Source: an uncultured Thermoleophilia bacterium (GTDB lineage: Bacteria; Actinomycetota; Thermoleophilia; UBA2241). Taken from it: a stretch of 64,000 nucleotides of DNA. The notes beneath the pieces were generated by a model that was not told the origin of the DNA, made no database searches, and saw nothing but the letters and a program-made list of their open reading frames with translations. The stretch lies in the NCBI GenBank assembly GCA_963834905.1, contig CAWIDR010000037.1:93023-157022 (forward strand), read 5' to 3'. The translations under genes and the position numbers were made by a program. Shown piece by piece: positions 9,639-18,905 of the stretch. Position 1 is the stretch's first letter, and each line of letters starts with the position of its first letter.

Positions 9639-10465
9639 ACATCTACCAGCCGCTGCTCACCACGGTCACCGAGGTGGTCGACGAGACCGCCGACACGCGG
9701 ACCCTGCGCCTGGAGTTCCAGGACGAGGCCGTGCGCAAGGACTTCGCCTTCAAGGCCGGCCAGTTCGGCGAGTACAGCGTGTTCGGCGCCGGCGAGAGCA
9801 CCTTCTGCATCGCCAGCTCGCCGACCCGCGAGGGCTACATCGAGTGCAGCTTCAAGGCGATCGGCAAGGTGACGACCGAGCTGCGCGAAGTGAACGTCGG
9901 CGACACCGTCGGCTTCCGCGGCCCCTACGGCAACTGGTTCCCGGTCGACGACTGGAAGGGCAAGGACATCGTCTTCGTCGCCGGCGGCATCGGCCTCGCG
10001 CCGGTCCGCTGCGTCATCTGGAACGTCCTGGACCGGCGCGACGAGTTCGGCGACGTGACCATCGTCTACGGCGCCCGCTCGGTCGAGGACCTGGTGTACA
10101 AGCGCGAGCTGGAAGAGTGGGGCTCGCGCTCCGACGTCAAGATGGTGACCACCGTCGACCCCGGCGGCGACACGCCCGACTGGACCGGCGAGGTCGGCTA
10201 CGTCACGCCAGTCGTCGAGAAGACGGCGCCCAAGGCGGACAACGCCATCGCCGTCGTCTGCGGCCCGCCCATCGTGGTCAAGCTCACGCTGCCGGTACTG
10301 GAGCAGCTCGGCTTCGCCGACGACGCCGTCTTCACCACGCTCGAGAACCGCATGAAGTGCGGGCTCGGCAAGTGCGGCCGCTGCAACATCGGGCCCGTGT
10401 ACGTCTGCAAGGACGGGCCCGTCTTCACCGCCGCCCAGATGAAGCAGCTCCCGCCGGAGTTCTGA
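9635..10465 (+). CDS. FAD/NAD(P)H-binding oxidoreductase with C-terminal 2Fe-2S (AsrB/HydG/PyrK/FlxA-like)
   Basis: GQFGEYSVFG, VFVAGGIGLAPVR (ferredoxin-reductase fold), C-terminal CGLGKCGRCNIGPVYVCKDGPVF cluster motif. Confidence 0.75.
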   Translation: MNIYQPLLTTVTEVVDETADTRTLRLEFQDEAVRKDFAFKAGQFGEYSVFGAGESTFCIASSPTREGYIECSFKAIGKVTTELREVNVGDTVGFRGPYGNWFPVDDWKGKDIVFVAGGIGLAPVRCVIWNVLDRRDEFGDVTIVYGARSVEDLVYKRELEEWGSRSDVKMVTTVDPGGDTPDWTGEVGYVTPVVEKTAPKADNAIAVVCGPPIVVKLTLPVLEQLGFADDAVFTTLENRMKCGLGKCGRCNIGPVYVCKDGPVFTAAQMKQLPPEF

Positions 10466-10590
10466 GCCGGGAGCGGCGACCGGCGTCGCCAGCCCGGCGG
10501 CCGCGAAGGACCTTTGGGCCTAGCAGTCGGCGGGGAGCCGCGCGCCGTACCGGGGCCGCATCCGCGGTGACGGCAGAACATCCTGGCGGT

Positions 10591-11463
10591 ATGCTCGCTT
10601 CGTCGATGAGATTCCACAAGTACCAAGGCCTCGGTAACGACTACATCGTCCTCGAGCGAGTCGACGGCGACTGCCCCACGCCGGAGATGGTCCGGAGGAT
10701 CTGCGACCGCCACCTGGGCGTCGGGTCCGACGGCATCCTGATGGAGGCCGCCGGACCCGAGGACCCGTTCGCCCTGCGCATCTTCAACCCGGACGGGTCC
10801 GAGGCCGAGAAGAGCGGCAACGGCTTGCGCATCTTCGCTCGCTACCTCTGGGATCAGGGCCGCGTCGGGGACGGGGCCTTCTTCGTCGTCACCAAGGGCG
10901 GCACCGTGCGGTGCCGGGTCCTCGACTCCGGGCGGACGGTCTTCGTCGAGATGGGCACAGCGAGCTTCGACAGTGCGGCGATACCGGTCGCGGGACGTCG
11001 TCGCGACGTCGTGGACGAGGAGATCGACGTCGGCGGCGAGCGCCTGCGCTTCACCGGCGTCACCGTCGGCAATCCGCACTGCGTCGTCCACGTCGACGAG
11101 GTCTCGGCAGAGCTCGCCCGGCGTCTGGGTCCTCAGCTCGAGACCCACACCGCGTTCCCCGACCGCACCAACGTGCAGTTCGCCCAGGTCATCGATGCGC
11201 ATCGCATCGCCATCGAGATCTGGGAACGAGGCGCCGGCTACACCCTGGCGTCCGGCACCAGCAGCTGCGCAGCCGCCGCGGCCTCGGTCCGCCTCGGCCG
11301 CTGCCGCGGCGACGTGACCGTGATCATGCCCGGCGGCAGTCTCGAGATCGGCGTGGGCGAGGGCTACGAACTGACCATGATGGGCCCTGTGGGGAGGATC
11401 GCCGACGGCGTCCTGGCGGACGACCTTCTGAAAGGACGGCAAGAGCACGCGCCGGCCGGCTGA
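10591..11463 (+). CDS. dapF: Diaminopimelate epimerase
   Basis: FHKYQGLGNDYIV, EKSGNGLRIFA, GNPHCVV, ERGAGYTLASGTSSCA (both catalytic Cys regions). Alternative start at 10606. Confidence 0.85.
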   Translation: MLASSMRFHKYQGLGNDYIVLERVDGDCPTPEMVRRICDRHLGVGSDGILMEAAGPEDPFALRIFNPDGSEAEKSGNGLRIFARYLWDQGRVGDGAFFVVTKGGTVRCRVLDSGRTVFVEMGTASFDSAAIPVAGRRRDVVDEEIDVGGERLRFTGVTVGNPHCVVHVDEVSAELARRLGPQLETHTAFPDRTNVQFAQVIDAHRIAIEIWERGAGYTLASGTSSCAAAAASVRLGRCRGDVTVIMPGGSLEIGVGEGYELTMMGPVGRIADGVLADDLLKGRQEHAPAG

Positions 11464-11481
11464 CGGGATGGGAGGTCGAGG

Positions 11482-11900
11482 GTGAACAAGAGGCTCGGCT
11501 GGATCGATGCCGTCTCGTATCTGGCCTACCTGGTCCTTACGGCGCTCGCCGTCGTGTACGGCGAGCGCACCGCACTCTGGTATGTCGGACTCTTCTTCTC
11601 CGCCGTGTGTGCCGTGGCGTGGTTCGTCGCCAGGTGGCAGCTGGGGCGATCGTTCTCGGTCGGACCGGAAGCCCGAGGACTCGTGACGCACGGCCTGTAC
11701 TCCCGGCTCCGCCATCCCATCTACGTCTTCGGGACACTGGCGATTCTCTTCAGCCTCCTCGCCCTGCAGGGATGGCAGGCGCTGATCGTCTGGGTCATCG
11801 TGATCGTGATCCAGATCCGTCGCGCCCAGCGCGAGGAGCAGAGTCCTCGAGAAGGCGTTCGGCGCCGAGTACGCGGCGTATCGCGCCCGGACGTGGTTCT
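11482..11900 (+). CDS. Isoprenylcysteine carboxyl / phospholipid methyltransferase family membrane protein (frameshift ~11842)
   Basis: Hydrophobic N-terminus, GLYSRLRHPIYVFG motif. The C-terminus continues in another frame as VLEKAFGAEYAAYRARTWF*. Confidence 0.6.
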
Positions 11901-11932
11901 AGCTGCGCCCGCGGCGCAGGACGATCGCGCTC

Positions 11933-12156
11933 GTGGCGGCCAAGGGCAAGGACCTGAGCGTCATCGGCGCCGACGTCGCCCGTCAGTGTCTGGCGGCGGG
12001 GCTGAACGACGAGATCGTCGTGTTCGTCGCGCCGATCCTGCTCGGCGACGGCATCCGTTTGGTCAGCCGGCTCGACAAGGCCCCCGTGGAACTCGAACTG
12101 CTGGCGCCTCCCGCGCGGGAGCCGTGACGACCCTGCGCTTCCGGGTACTCAGATGA
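11933..12156 (+). pseudogene. C-terminal remnant of a RibD_C / dihydrofolate-reductase-like protein (N-terminal ~100 aa missing)
   Basis: KGKDLSVIGADVARQCLAAGLNDEIVVFVAPILLGDGIRL, then VTTLRFRVLR* after a frame change at ~12125. Only the last ~75 aa of a ~180-aa fold are present. Confidence 0.5.
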
Positions 12157-12192
12157 CGTCCGCTGGTCGGGCCGGCTCGGGAGCAGCCGCGC

Positions 12193-13101
12193 CTACCTGA
12201 GCGCCCGCCCGATGAACCTCGCCTCGGCGGGCGCCACCTTGCTCGCGTACTCGTGGTCGTGCCCGCCCTTGCTGAACCCGCCCGCGGCGGGTCTCGTGAG
12301 GGCGGCCGTCAGGTAGGTGACGTAGCCGTAGAACGGGTCCTGCTTGCCGCAGTCGATGCGCAGGTCGACCCCGGCAAGCCGGTCGGCGTGGGCGATCACG
12401 TCGTACTTCGCAAAGTCGGCCGCGTCATCGAACGCATCGCGCGGCCCCAGCATCATCGCGTCGTAGCTGGTCCAGACCGCGGGGCTGACGGCGACCACCG
12501 CGGCGAAGAGGTCCGGATCGGTCTCCCCGGCGACCAGCGCGCCGTAGGCCCCCATCGACCAGCCGATGATCGCGCGCTTGCGCCCTCCGCCGCCGAGCTT
12601 GAAGCGGCGGGCGCACGCCGGGATCAGCTCGTGGAGCAGCATGCTCAGACGGTCCTCGCCAGAGGTGCGCGGATGCCAGTAGGTGACACCGCCTTCGACA
12701 CCGACCACGGCGTAGGGCGGCGACTCATCCTTGCGGACCGCCGCCGCCACGTAGTCGGCGAACCCCATCGGCGGACCGCCGCCGCGACCCGGCAGGGCGA
12801 AGCAGACGGGAAGCGGATCGCCCGGCTCGGTCCCCGGCGGCCAAGCGATGCGGTAGCCGACCGGCTCATCGACGTAGCGAGAGTCGAGCGTGTAATCGTG
12901 CACTGCGCCCGAGGCGCCGGGGATGTCCACGCCGAGCTTGTCGCCGGCGGCGCCGAGCCAGTCACGCCACGGCGCGACGCGCCAGGCGATACCGCCGGCG
13001 ACCGCCACAGCGGCAGCGAATCCGGCCCCGACCAGGAAACCGCGCCGGGTGATGCCGGCCTCCGAACGCCAGACGGCGCCGGCCTCGCGGGGCCACAGCA
13101 T
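12193..13101 (-). CDS. Secreted alpha/beta-hydrolase (putative esterase family) with twin-arginine signal
   Basis: TRRGFLVGAGFAAAVAVAGG Tat-like leader and the GWSMGAYGAL nucleophile elbow. Start taken at the internal Met (MLWPRE..). Confidence 0.65.
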   Translation of the reverse strand: MLWPREAGAVWRSEAGITRRGFLVGAGFAAAVAVAGGIAWRVAPWRDWLGAAGDKLGVDIPGASGAVHDYTLDSRYVDEPVGYRIAWPPGTEPGDPLPVCFALPGRGGGPPMGFADYVAAAVRKDESPPYAVVGVEGGVTYWHPRTSGEDRLSMLLHELIPACARRFKLGGGGRKRAIIGWSMGAYGALVAGETDPDLFAAVVAVSPAVWTSYDAMMLGPRDAFDDAADFAKYDVIAHADRLAGVDLRIDCGKQDPFYGYVTYLTAALTRPAAGGFSKGGHDHEYASKVAPAEARFIGRALR

Positions 13102-13213
13102 CCAGGTCGTGCCGCATGAGCTCACGCGTCCCGTCCACGAGCCCCATCGTAGCGCAGGCCGCGAGCTGATGTCGTACCATCGTGGACGACCGTCAGGCAG
13201 GAGCGGAGGCGAC

Positions 13214-14192
13214 GTGAGCGAGATCGATCCGGCACCGCAGACTGTGTCCCCGACGATGCGCGCCGTCGGCGCCGTGGTCGGCGCGCCCGACTTCATCCTG
13301 CCGTGGCTGGACCGCTTCTACGACGAGGACGACGCGGAACTGCTCCTCGCGGCCGCGAAGTCGGCTGAGGCGCCGGCCGAGCAGGCCGGCGAACGCCGCA
13401 GGCGCCCTCGCCGGCTTCGATCCGGCGCGGCTCGAGCGCGCCGTCCGCCGCGCCATCCTCGACGTCGACGAGGCCGGCGCCTTCACCCCCGCGGACTTCC
13501 ACGAGCGCCTCGAGATCTGGGCCATGTTCGAGGGCTGGAAGGACGTCCCGCTCGCCGTCCACCGGCAGCTCGCCGACTGGGACGTCGACTCACTACGCGG
13601 AGACGATCCGCGCCGATGTCGAGGCGGTCCGCGACGGCCACCCCGGCGACTCCTACGAGGCCCGGTACAGCTACGTCCTCCTGCACGAGGCGGAGGCGAT
13701 CGTCGCCGCCCAGGACCACATCTACCTGTGGCCGTGCGACTGCCGCTCCTCGTCGGCAAGTGCCGCAAGCCGAAGGACGTGTGCCTGCGCTTCAACAACG
13801 ACCGCGGCCTCGGCTGGGAGATCTCGAGGGAGCGCGCCGTCGAGATCCTCCGCGCCACCGACAAAGCCGGCCTCATGCACACGGCCGACCTGCAGGACGA
13901 CATCGCCGACACCTCCTCGATCTGCAACTGCTGCACCGACTGCTGCTACCCGCACCTCGCCTCAGAGCGGCTGGAGGTGAGCGACGTGTGGCCGGTGCGC
14001 CGGCACGTCGCCAGCATCGACATGGACCTCTGCACGTCCTGTGGACGCTGCGGCCTGCGCTGCCCCTTCGAGGCCATCGTCTGCCGGCCGGACGGACGCC
14101 CGGAGTACGACCCGGCCCGCTGCCGCGGCTGCGGCCTCTGCGCGACCGGCTGCAGCGCCGACGCCATCGAGTTGCGGCCGCTGGCCGGCTAG
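13214..14192 (+). CDS. 4Fe-4S dicluster domain protein of unassigned family; about three frame disruptions (~13385, ~13605, ~13745)
   Basis: Pieces join as ..FILPWLDRFYDEDDAELL.. / ..FHERLEIWAMFEGWKDVP.. / ..YLWPCDCRS.GKCRKPKDVCLRFNN..CNCCTDCCYP..CTSCGRCGLRCPFEAI..CRGCGLCATGCSADAI. Confidence 0.5.
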
Positions 14193-14243
14193 CCAGGCCC
14201 TCCCGGGGCAGGACCATCCACGCGCCCGCCCGAGCGCCGAGCC

Positions 14244-14720
14244 TCACGAGGGGGCGGCTCGGCGACGCTCGAAGACCCAGCGCGCGACAAGCCAACCCAC
14301 GGCCGCCGCGACGGCCGCCATCGCGACCGCTGCGACGATGTCGATCGGCGAGTGCACATGGGCGAGGACGCGAGCCACGCCGGCGGCCAGCGAGACGGCG
14401 ACCAGCACCAGCCCCCAGGGACGCGACACGACGAGGACGCACAGCGCGACGAACATGGTGACGGCCGTGTGGTCCGAAGGGAACCCGTTGTCCGCCGCGT
14501 GCGGGAAGAGCGGCGCCACGCCTGAGGTCACGAACGGCCGCGTGTCGTAGTACAGAGCGCCGCCGACCTTGATGAGCGCGAGGCAGACGATGCCACCGAC
14601 GACGCCGGCGACCAGTAACTCGAGCTTCTGCTGGCGCGGCAGACGCAGCCAGACCAAGAAGGCGATGACGAAGCTGACGATGAAGCCGTACTGCGCAAGG
14701 TCGGCGATGAGGGAGTCCAT
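14244..14720 (-). CDS. PAP2-family phosphatase (undecaprenyl-diphosphatase/BcrC-like), integral membrane
   Basis: FPSDHTAV and ARVLAHVHSPIDIV motifs; multiple TM helices. Confidence 0.75.
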   Translation of the reverse strand: MDSLIADLAQYGFIVSFVIAFLVWLRLPRQQKLELLVAGVVGGIVCLALIKVGGALYYDTRPFVTSGVAPLFPHAADNGFPSDHTAVTMFVALCVLVVSRPWGLVLVAVSLAAGVARVLAHVHSPIDIVAAVAMAAVAAAVGWLVARWVFERRRAAPS

Positions 14721-14806
14721 CGCTCGAGTCTACCCGTGCCGCGGCTCGCGCGCGCCGCGCTTCTGTTGCGCCGGCGAGCCAGACATGCGGCCGGCAGCGA
14801 GTCGCC

Positions 14807-16247
14807 TCACGCCTCCGGATGGCCCAGCGCACCGGTCCGGATGAGCCCGCGCAGCAGTCCGGGATCGGCAGGCACGCCGCGGCTCCCGGCCTTCGGCGGG
14901 ATCTTGTCGCGGATCAGTCCACGCGCCGCGCTCGTCCCTCCGCCAAGCGGCCCGCGTCCGCGCAGGTCGATGGCCTGCACGGCGACGAGCGCCTCGATCG
15001 CGATGACGCCCTCTCCGAGGTCGACCATGGCCGCGAGGCGCCGCGCGCTCAGCGGTAGCAAGGTGGCGCGGTCCTCGATGCCCTCGGCGCCCGACGTGCT
15101 GACGACGGTGAACGACACCGGCTGCGCCAGCAGGGTCGCCTCCGCGGTCAGCGACTGCGCCGTGATGGCATGGATGCTGAGGCCCATGTCGGGCCGGTCG
15201 CGGTCCAGGCTGAGGCCGGTCGGCAGGCCCGACCAGGGCGTGTCCAGGAGCTTGACGGCGCGCTCGCTGGCCGCGGTGAACACCGAGGCGAGCGCGATGC
15301 GGACGTAGTCGAGGGTGGCCGCGAGCGGCAGACTCTCGTAGCTGGAGACGGAGACGATCTCGCCGGCGGCGACGTCCACGAGCGGGTTGCCCTGGGCCGC
15401 GTTCAGCTCGACCCCGAGCACGCCGAGCGCGTGCTCGAGCGCCTCGCGGCCGACCGCCTGCACGGCGACGGTGCTGCGGAACGTCAGCGGGTCCTGCAGG
15501 TTCCGCGCGGCGCCATCCTGCCAGAGGTAGCTGCCCTCGAGCAGCCCACGGGTGCGCGCGAGGGTGGCCGCGAAGCTCGCGTGAGGGCGCACGTCCTCGA
15601 CGCCGGGATGCAGCACGGAGAGGTTCGCGCCGAAGCCCTCCAGCGCGAGCGCGCCCGCGACATCCGCCGCGTCGAGCAATCTCTCCGCGTCGTGGAGCGC
15701 CAGCGCTGCCGACGCGGTGCCGAACGCGCTGTTGTTGAGCAGCGCGAGGCCTTCCCCTGCGCGCAACTCCATGTCTCCGATCACGCCGTGCGCGAGGTCG
15801 GCCATCGCCGAGAGATCGGAGACGCCGATGGATCCGTGCAGCCGGACGATGGGATGACGGTCGGTGTTGAGCGCCGCGAGCAGAGCGTCGGCCAGCTCCG
15901 GCCGGACGACCGTCGTCCCGCCGGCGAAGAGGTTGGCGACGACTGAGCATGGCCGCCCGCACGACGTCGTCCGTCGCCGGCGGCCCCTGTCCGGCGCGGT
16001 GGTCCTGGATCTGGCTGCGATTGAAGCGGCTGACGTCCTCACGGGTGACGGTCACTCGCTTCTGGGCGCCGTAGCCGGTGGTCAGGCCATAGGTGGGCAC
16101 GCCGCTCTCGAACACGCGCTGCGCCAGGGAGTGCGCGGCGGCCATCCGCTCGCGCGCCGCGGCGTCGAGCGCTACGCGTTCGCCGCGGCGCGCCACCGCC
16201 ACGACTTCGTCGACGGTCAGGTCCCGGCCTGTCAGGAGGACGGTCAT
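14807..16247 (-). CDS. Aromatic-amino-acid/histidine ammonia-lyase family protein lacking the Ala-Ser-Gly MIO triad (frameshift ~15946)
   Basis: N-terminus MTVLLTGRDLTVDEVVAVARRGERV..YGLTTGYG, core ..RLHGSIGVSDLSAMADLAH.. where hutH in this window has [29 protein letters not shown] and C-terminal helices are typical of the fold. Confidence 0.75.
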
Positions 16248-16348
16248 GCCGTGCGCATTCCCCGGTGGCGCGACAGGCGAACGTAGATCTGGCATCCGCT
16301 GCCGCTGCGGATGGCGCCCGCCCGGCAAAGCAGATACCTTACGGCGCG

Positions 16349-17839
16349 ATGGACAACGACCCCCTTCACGACTTCGAACTCCTGATCCGGTCCAGGTACG
16401 GCGCGCTGCAGATCGAGACGGCCGAGGAAGACCGCGCCGCAGCTCTCGTGGAGCGGGCGGCCTGGCAACTGCAGCTCCCGCTGTTCGTGTGGCGGCGCGC
16501 CACCGGGCTGCGCCGGGCGGGCGCGCCCAGCGGCGTCTACGGCAGCGAGGACCCGCGCGCGGCACTCGGCCACGTCATCAACTCGCAGCTTCCGGCCCTG
16601 TACGTGTTCCACGGCCTCGGGCCCGAGCTCGACAAGCCTGAGGTGGCCGACCTCTTGCGCGAGGCCGCGGAGCGGCTCGGCGGCCACTCCGGCGCCGTGG
16701 TCCTGACCGGGGGGGACGTCAGGCTCCCGGAGTCGCTGCGTACGGTCGTCGGCCAGGTGCACCTGCCGGCGCCCACCCGCGAAGAGTACGAGGACCTGCA
16801 GCGCCGCGTCGTGCAGGAGCTCTCGGCGCGCATGGGTGTCCAGGTGTCGCTGACGCCGGCCGACCAGGACCGCCTCCTCGCCAACCTCCAGGGGCTCACG
16901 CTCGCCGAGTCCGAGAAGCTGCTGACGCGGCTGATCGTCGAGGACGGCCGCCTCGACGCGGACGACATCACGCGGGTCGCCGAAGCCAAGCGGGAGCTGA
17001 TCGAACGGGATGGTCTGCTCGAGTATCAGCCGACCACACAGTCACTGGAAGAGATCGCCGACCTCGTGCAGCTCAAGGAATGGCTCGGGAAGCGGCGCCT
17101 GTTCATGGAAGACCCACGACGCGCCGCCGACTTCGGCCTCGAGTTCCCGCGCGGGATCCTGCTCGTCGGCGTCCCCGGTTGCGGCAAGAGCCTCTGCGCC
17201 AAGGCCGTCGCCGCGGCGTGGGGACTGCCGCTGGTGCGACTCGACCCCGGCGCGCTCTACGACAAGTACATCGGGGAGACCGAGCAGAACTTCCGCAAGG
17301 CTGTGACCGCGGCCGACAGGCTGGCGCCGCTGGTGCTGTGGATCGACGAGATCGAGAAGGCCTTCGCCGCAGGCGGCGGCGATGAGGACGGCGGAACGTC
17401 GCAACGCGTGCTCGGCACGTTCCTCTCCTGGCTGCAGGAGCGCCGCGGCGATGTCTTCGTAGTGGCCACGGCCAACGATGTCCAGCGACTGCCCGCCGAA
17501 CTGCTGCGCAAGGGCCGCTTTGACGAGACGTTCTTCGTGGACCTTCCCGACGAGGCCACGCGCGTCGCGATCCTGGACATCCACCTGCGCAAGCGCAAGC
17601 AGAAGCCCAGCGACTTCGACCTGGCGCTGCTGGCGCGCGAGAGCGAGGGCCACAGCGGCGCCGAGCTCGAGCAGGTCGTCGTCTCCGCGCTCTACACCGC
17701 CTTCTCGGCGAAGGTTCAGCTGAGCACCGAACTGCTGCTCGACGAGCTGCGCCGGATGCCGCCGATAGCCTCGATCGCGCGCGAGAGGATCGCCTTCCTG
17801 CGCCAGTGGGCCGGAGACCGCACCGTCCCGGCGAACTGA
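16349..17839 (+). CDS. AAA+ ATPase (CDC48/SpoVK-like single AAA module) with an uncharacterised N-terminal domain
   Basis: Walker A GVPGCGKS, Walker B LVLWIDEIEK, second region of homology ATANDVQRLPAELLRKGRFDE. Confidence 0.8.
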   Translation: MDNDPLHDFELLIRSRYGALQIETAEEDRAAALVERAAWQLQLPLFVWRRATGLRRAGAPSGVYGSEDPRAALGHVINSQLPALYVFHGLGPELDKPEVADLLREAAERLGGHSGAVVLTGGDVRLPESLRTVVGQVHLPAPTREEYEDLQRRVVQELSARMGVQVSLTPADQDRLLANLQGLTLAESEKLLTRLIVEDGRLDADDITRVAEAKRELIERDGLLEYQPTTQSLEEIADLVQLKEWLGKRRLFMEDPRRAADFGLEFPRGILLVGVPGCGKSLCAKAVAAAWGLPLVRLDPGALYDKYIGETEQNFRKAVTAADRLAPLVLWIDEIEKAFAAGGGDEDGGTSQRVLGTFLSWLQERRGDVFVVATANDVQRLPAELLRKGRFDETFFVDLPDEATRVAILDIHLRKRKQKPSDFDLALLARESEGHSGAELEQVVVSALYTAFSAKVQLSTELLLDELRRMPPIASIARERIAFLRQWAGDRTVPAN

Positions 17840-17864
17840 GCCTCCCCGTCGCCGAGCCCGGCGA

Positions 17865-18905
17865 TCAGCCGTGCGGGGTGATCACGGCGCGCCCCAGAAC
17901 GGTGCCGGCGCGCAGGCGTTCGTAGGCATCCGCAGCGCGTTCGAGCGGGAACGACTCGGTGTGCGCGTGGATCTTCCCGGCGTGCGCAAGCTCCACGACC
18001 TCGACCAGTTCCCCGTAGCTGCCCCAGTAGGGGACGGTCACGCTCACGTCGAACGGCAGCGCTCCGTAGCCGACCGGGATCCGACCGCCGGCGAGCCCGA
18101 TGGCCTGGATGGCCCCGCCGGGACGGACCACCGTCGCCGCCAGCGCCATCGTCGCATCGGAGCCGACGCAGTCCAGCACGGCGATCGGGCCGAGCCCGCG
18201 CGTGAGCTCACGGATCCGCGCTGCCGCCGTCTCGCCGGCGGCGACCGTCTCCTCGGCGCCGACCTCGTGCGCCAGCTCGAGCTTCGCGCCGTCGACGTCG
18301 ACGGCGATCACCCGGGCGGCCGAGACCGCGCGCAGCAGTTGCACCGCCATGTGTCCGAGGCCGCCGATGCCGATCACCAGCGCCCAGGCGCCCGGCGTGA
18401 GCAGCGGCAGCACCGAGCGGATGGCGTGGTACGGCGTCAGGGCGGCGTCGGAGAGCGGCGCCGCGGTGCCAGGGTCGAGGTCACCGAGGGACACGAGCAG
18501 ACGCGCGCTGGGGACCAGCATGTACTCGGCCATGCCGCCGTCGAGGCCAAAGCCGCCGACGGGCACGTCCTCGGTCATGGCCAGCTCGCAGAGCGTCTCG
18601 CGTCCCGCGCGACAGGCCGCGCAACGACCGCAGCCCCAAGGACCGTATGCGATGACGGGTTCGCCGATCTGCCACCCGTCGACGCCCGGTCCAAGCGCCT
18701 CGATCCAGCCGGCGTTCTCGTGTCCGAGCGTGAACGGCAGCTCGTAGTCGTGAGTACCCTCGGGCCAGTCCATCATGCGCAGGTCGGTGTGGCACGCGCA
18801 GGCGCCCCCCATCTTGAGGAGGACCTCGCCGATCCCCGGCTCGGGAATCGGCACGTCGCGCGGCTCCGGCGGCTGCTGCCAGGCGACCAGCTGGTAGGCC
18901 TTCAT
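17865..18905 (-). CDS. Zinc-dependent alcohol dehydrogenase (MDR family)
   Basis: CHTDLR, GHENAGWIEALG, GPWGCGRCAACRAGRETLC (structural Zn), GIGGLGHMAVQL Rossmann motif. ATGA overlap with the upstream gene. Confidence 0.85.
   Translation of the reverse strand: MKAYQLVAWQQPPEPRDVPIPEPGIGEVLLKMGGACACHTDLRMMDWPEGTHDYELPFTLGHENAGWIEALGPGVDGWQIGEPVIAYGPWGCGRCAACRAGRETLCELAMTEDVPVGGFGLDGGMAEYMLVPSARLLVSLGDLDPGTAAPLSDAALTPYHAIRSVLPLLTPGAWALVIGIGGLGHMAVQLLRAVSAARVIAVDVDGAKLELAHEVGAEETVAAGETAAARIRELTRGLGPIAVLDCVGSDATMALAATVVRPGGAIQAIGLAGGRIPVGYGALPFDVSVTVPYWGSYGELVEVVELAHAGKIHAHTESFPLERAADAYERLRAGTVLGRAVITPHG

Noticed and set aside
11933-12156. Small ORF after the ICMT gene, considered as an independent small protein.
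   Set aside because: It matches only the C-terminal third of RibD_C/DHFR-like proteins and needs a frame change to reach its natural ..LRFRVLR* end. It is best treated as a truncated remnant.
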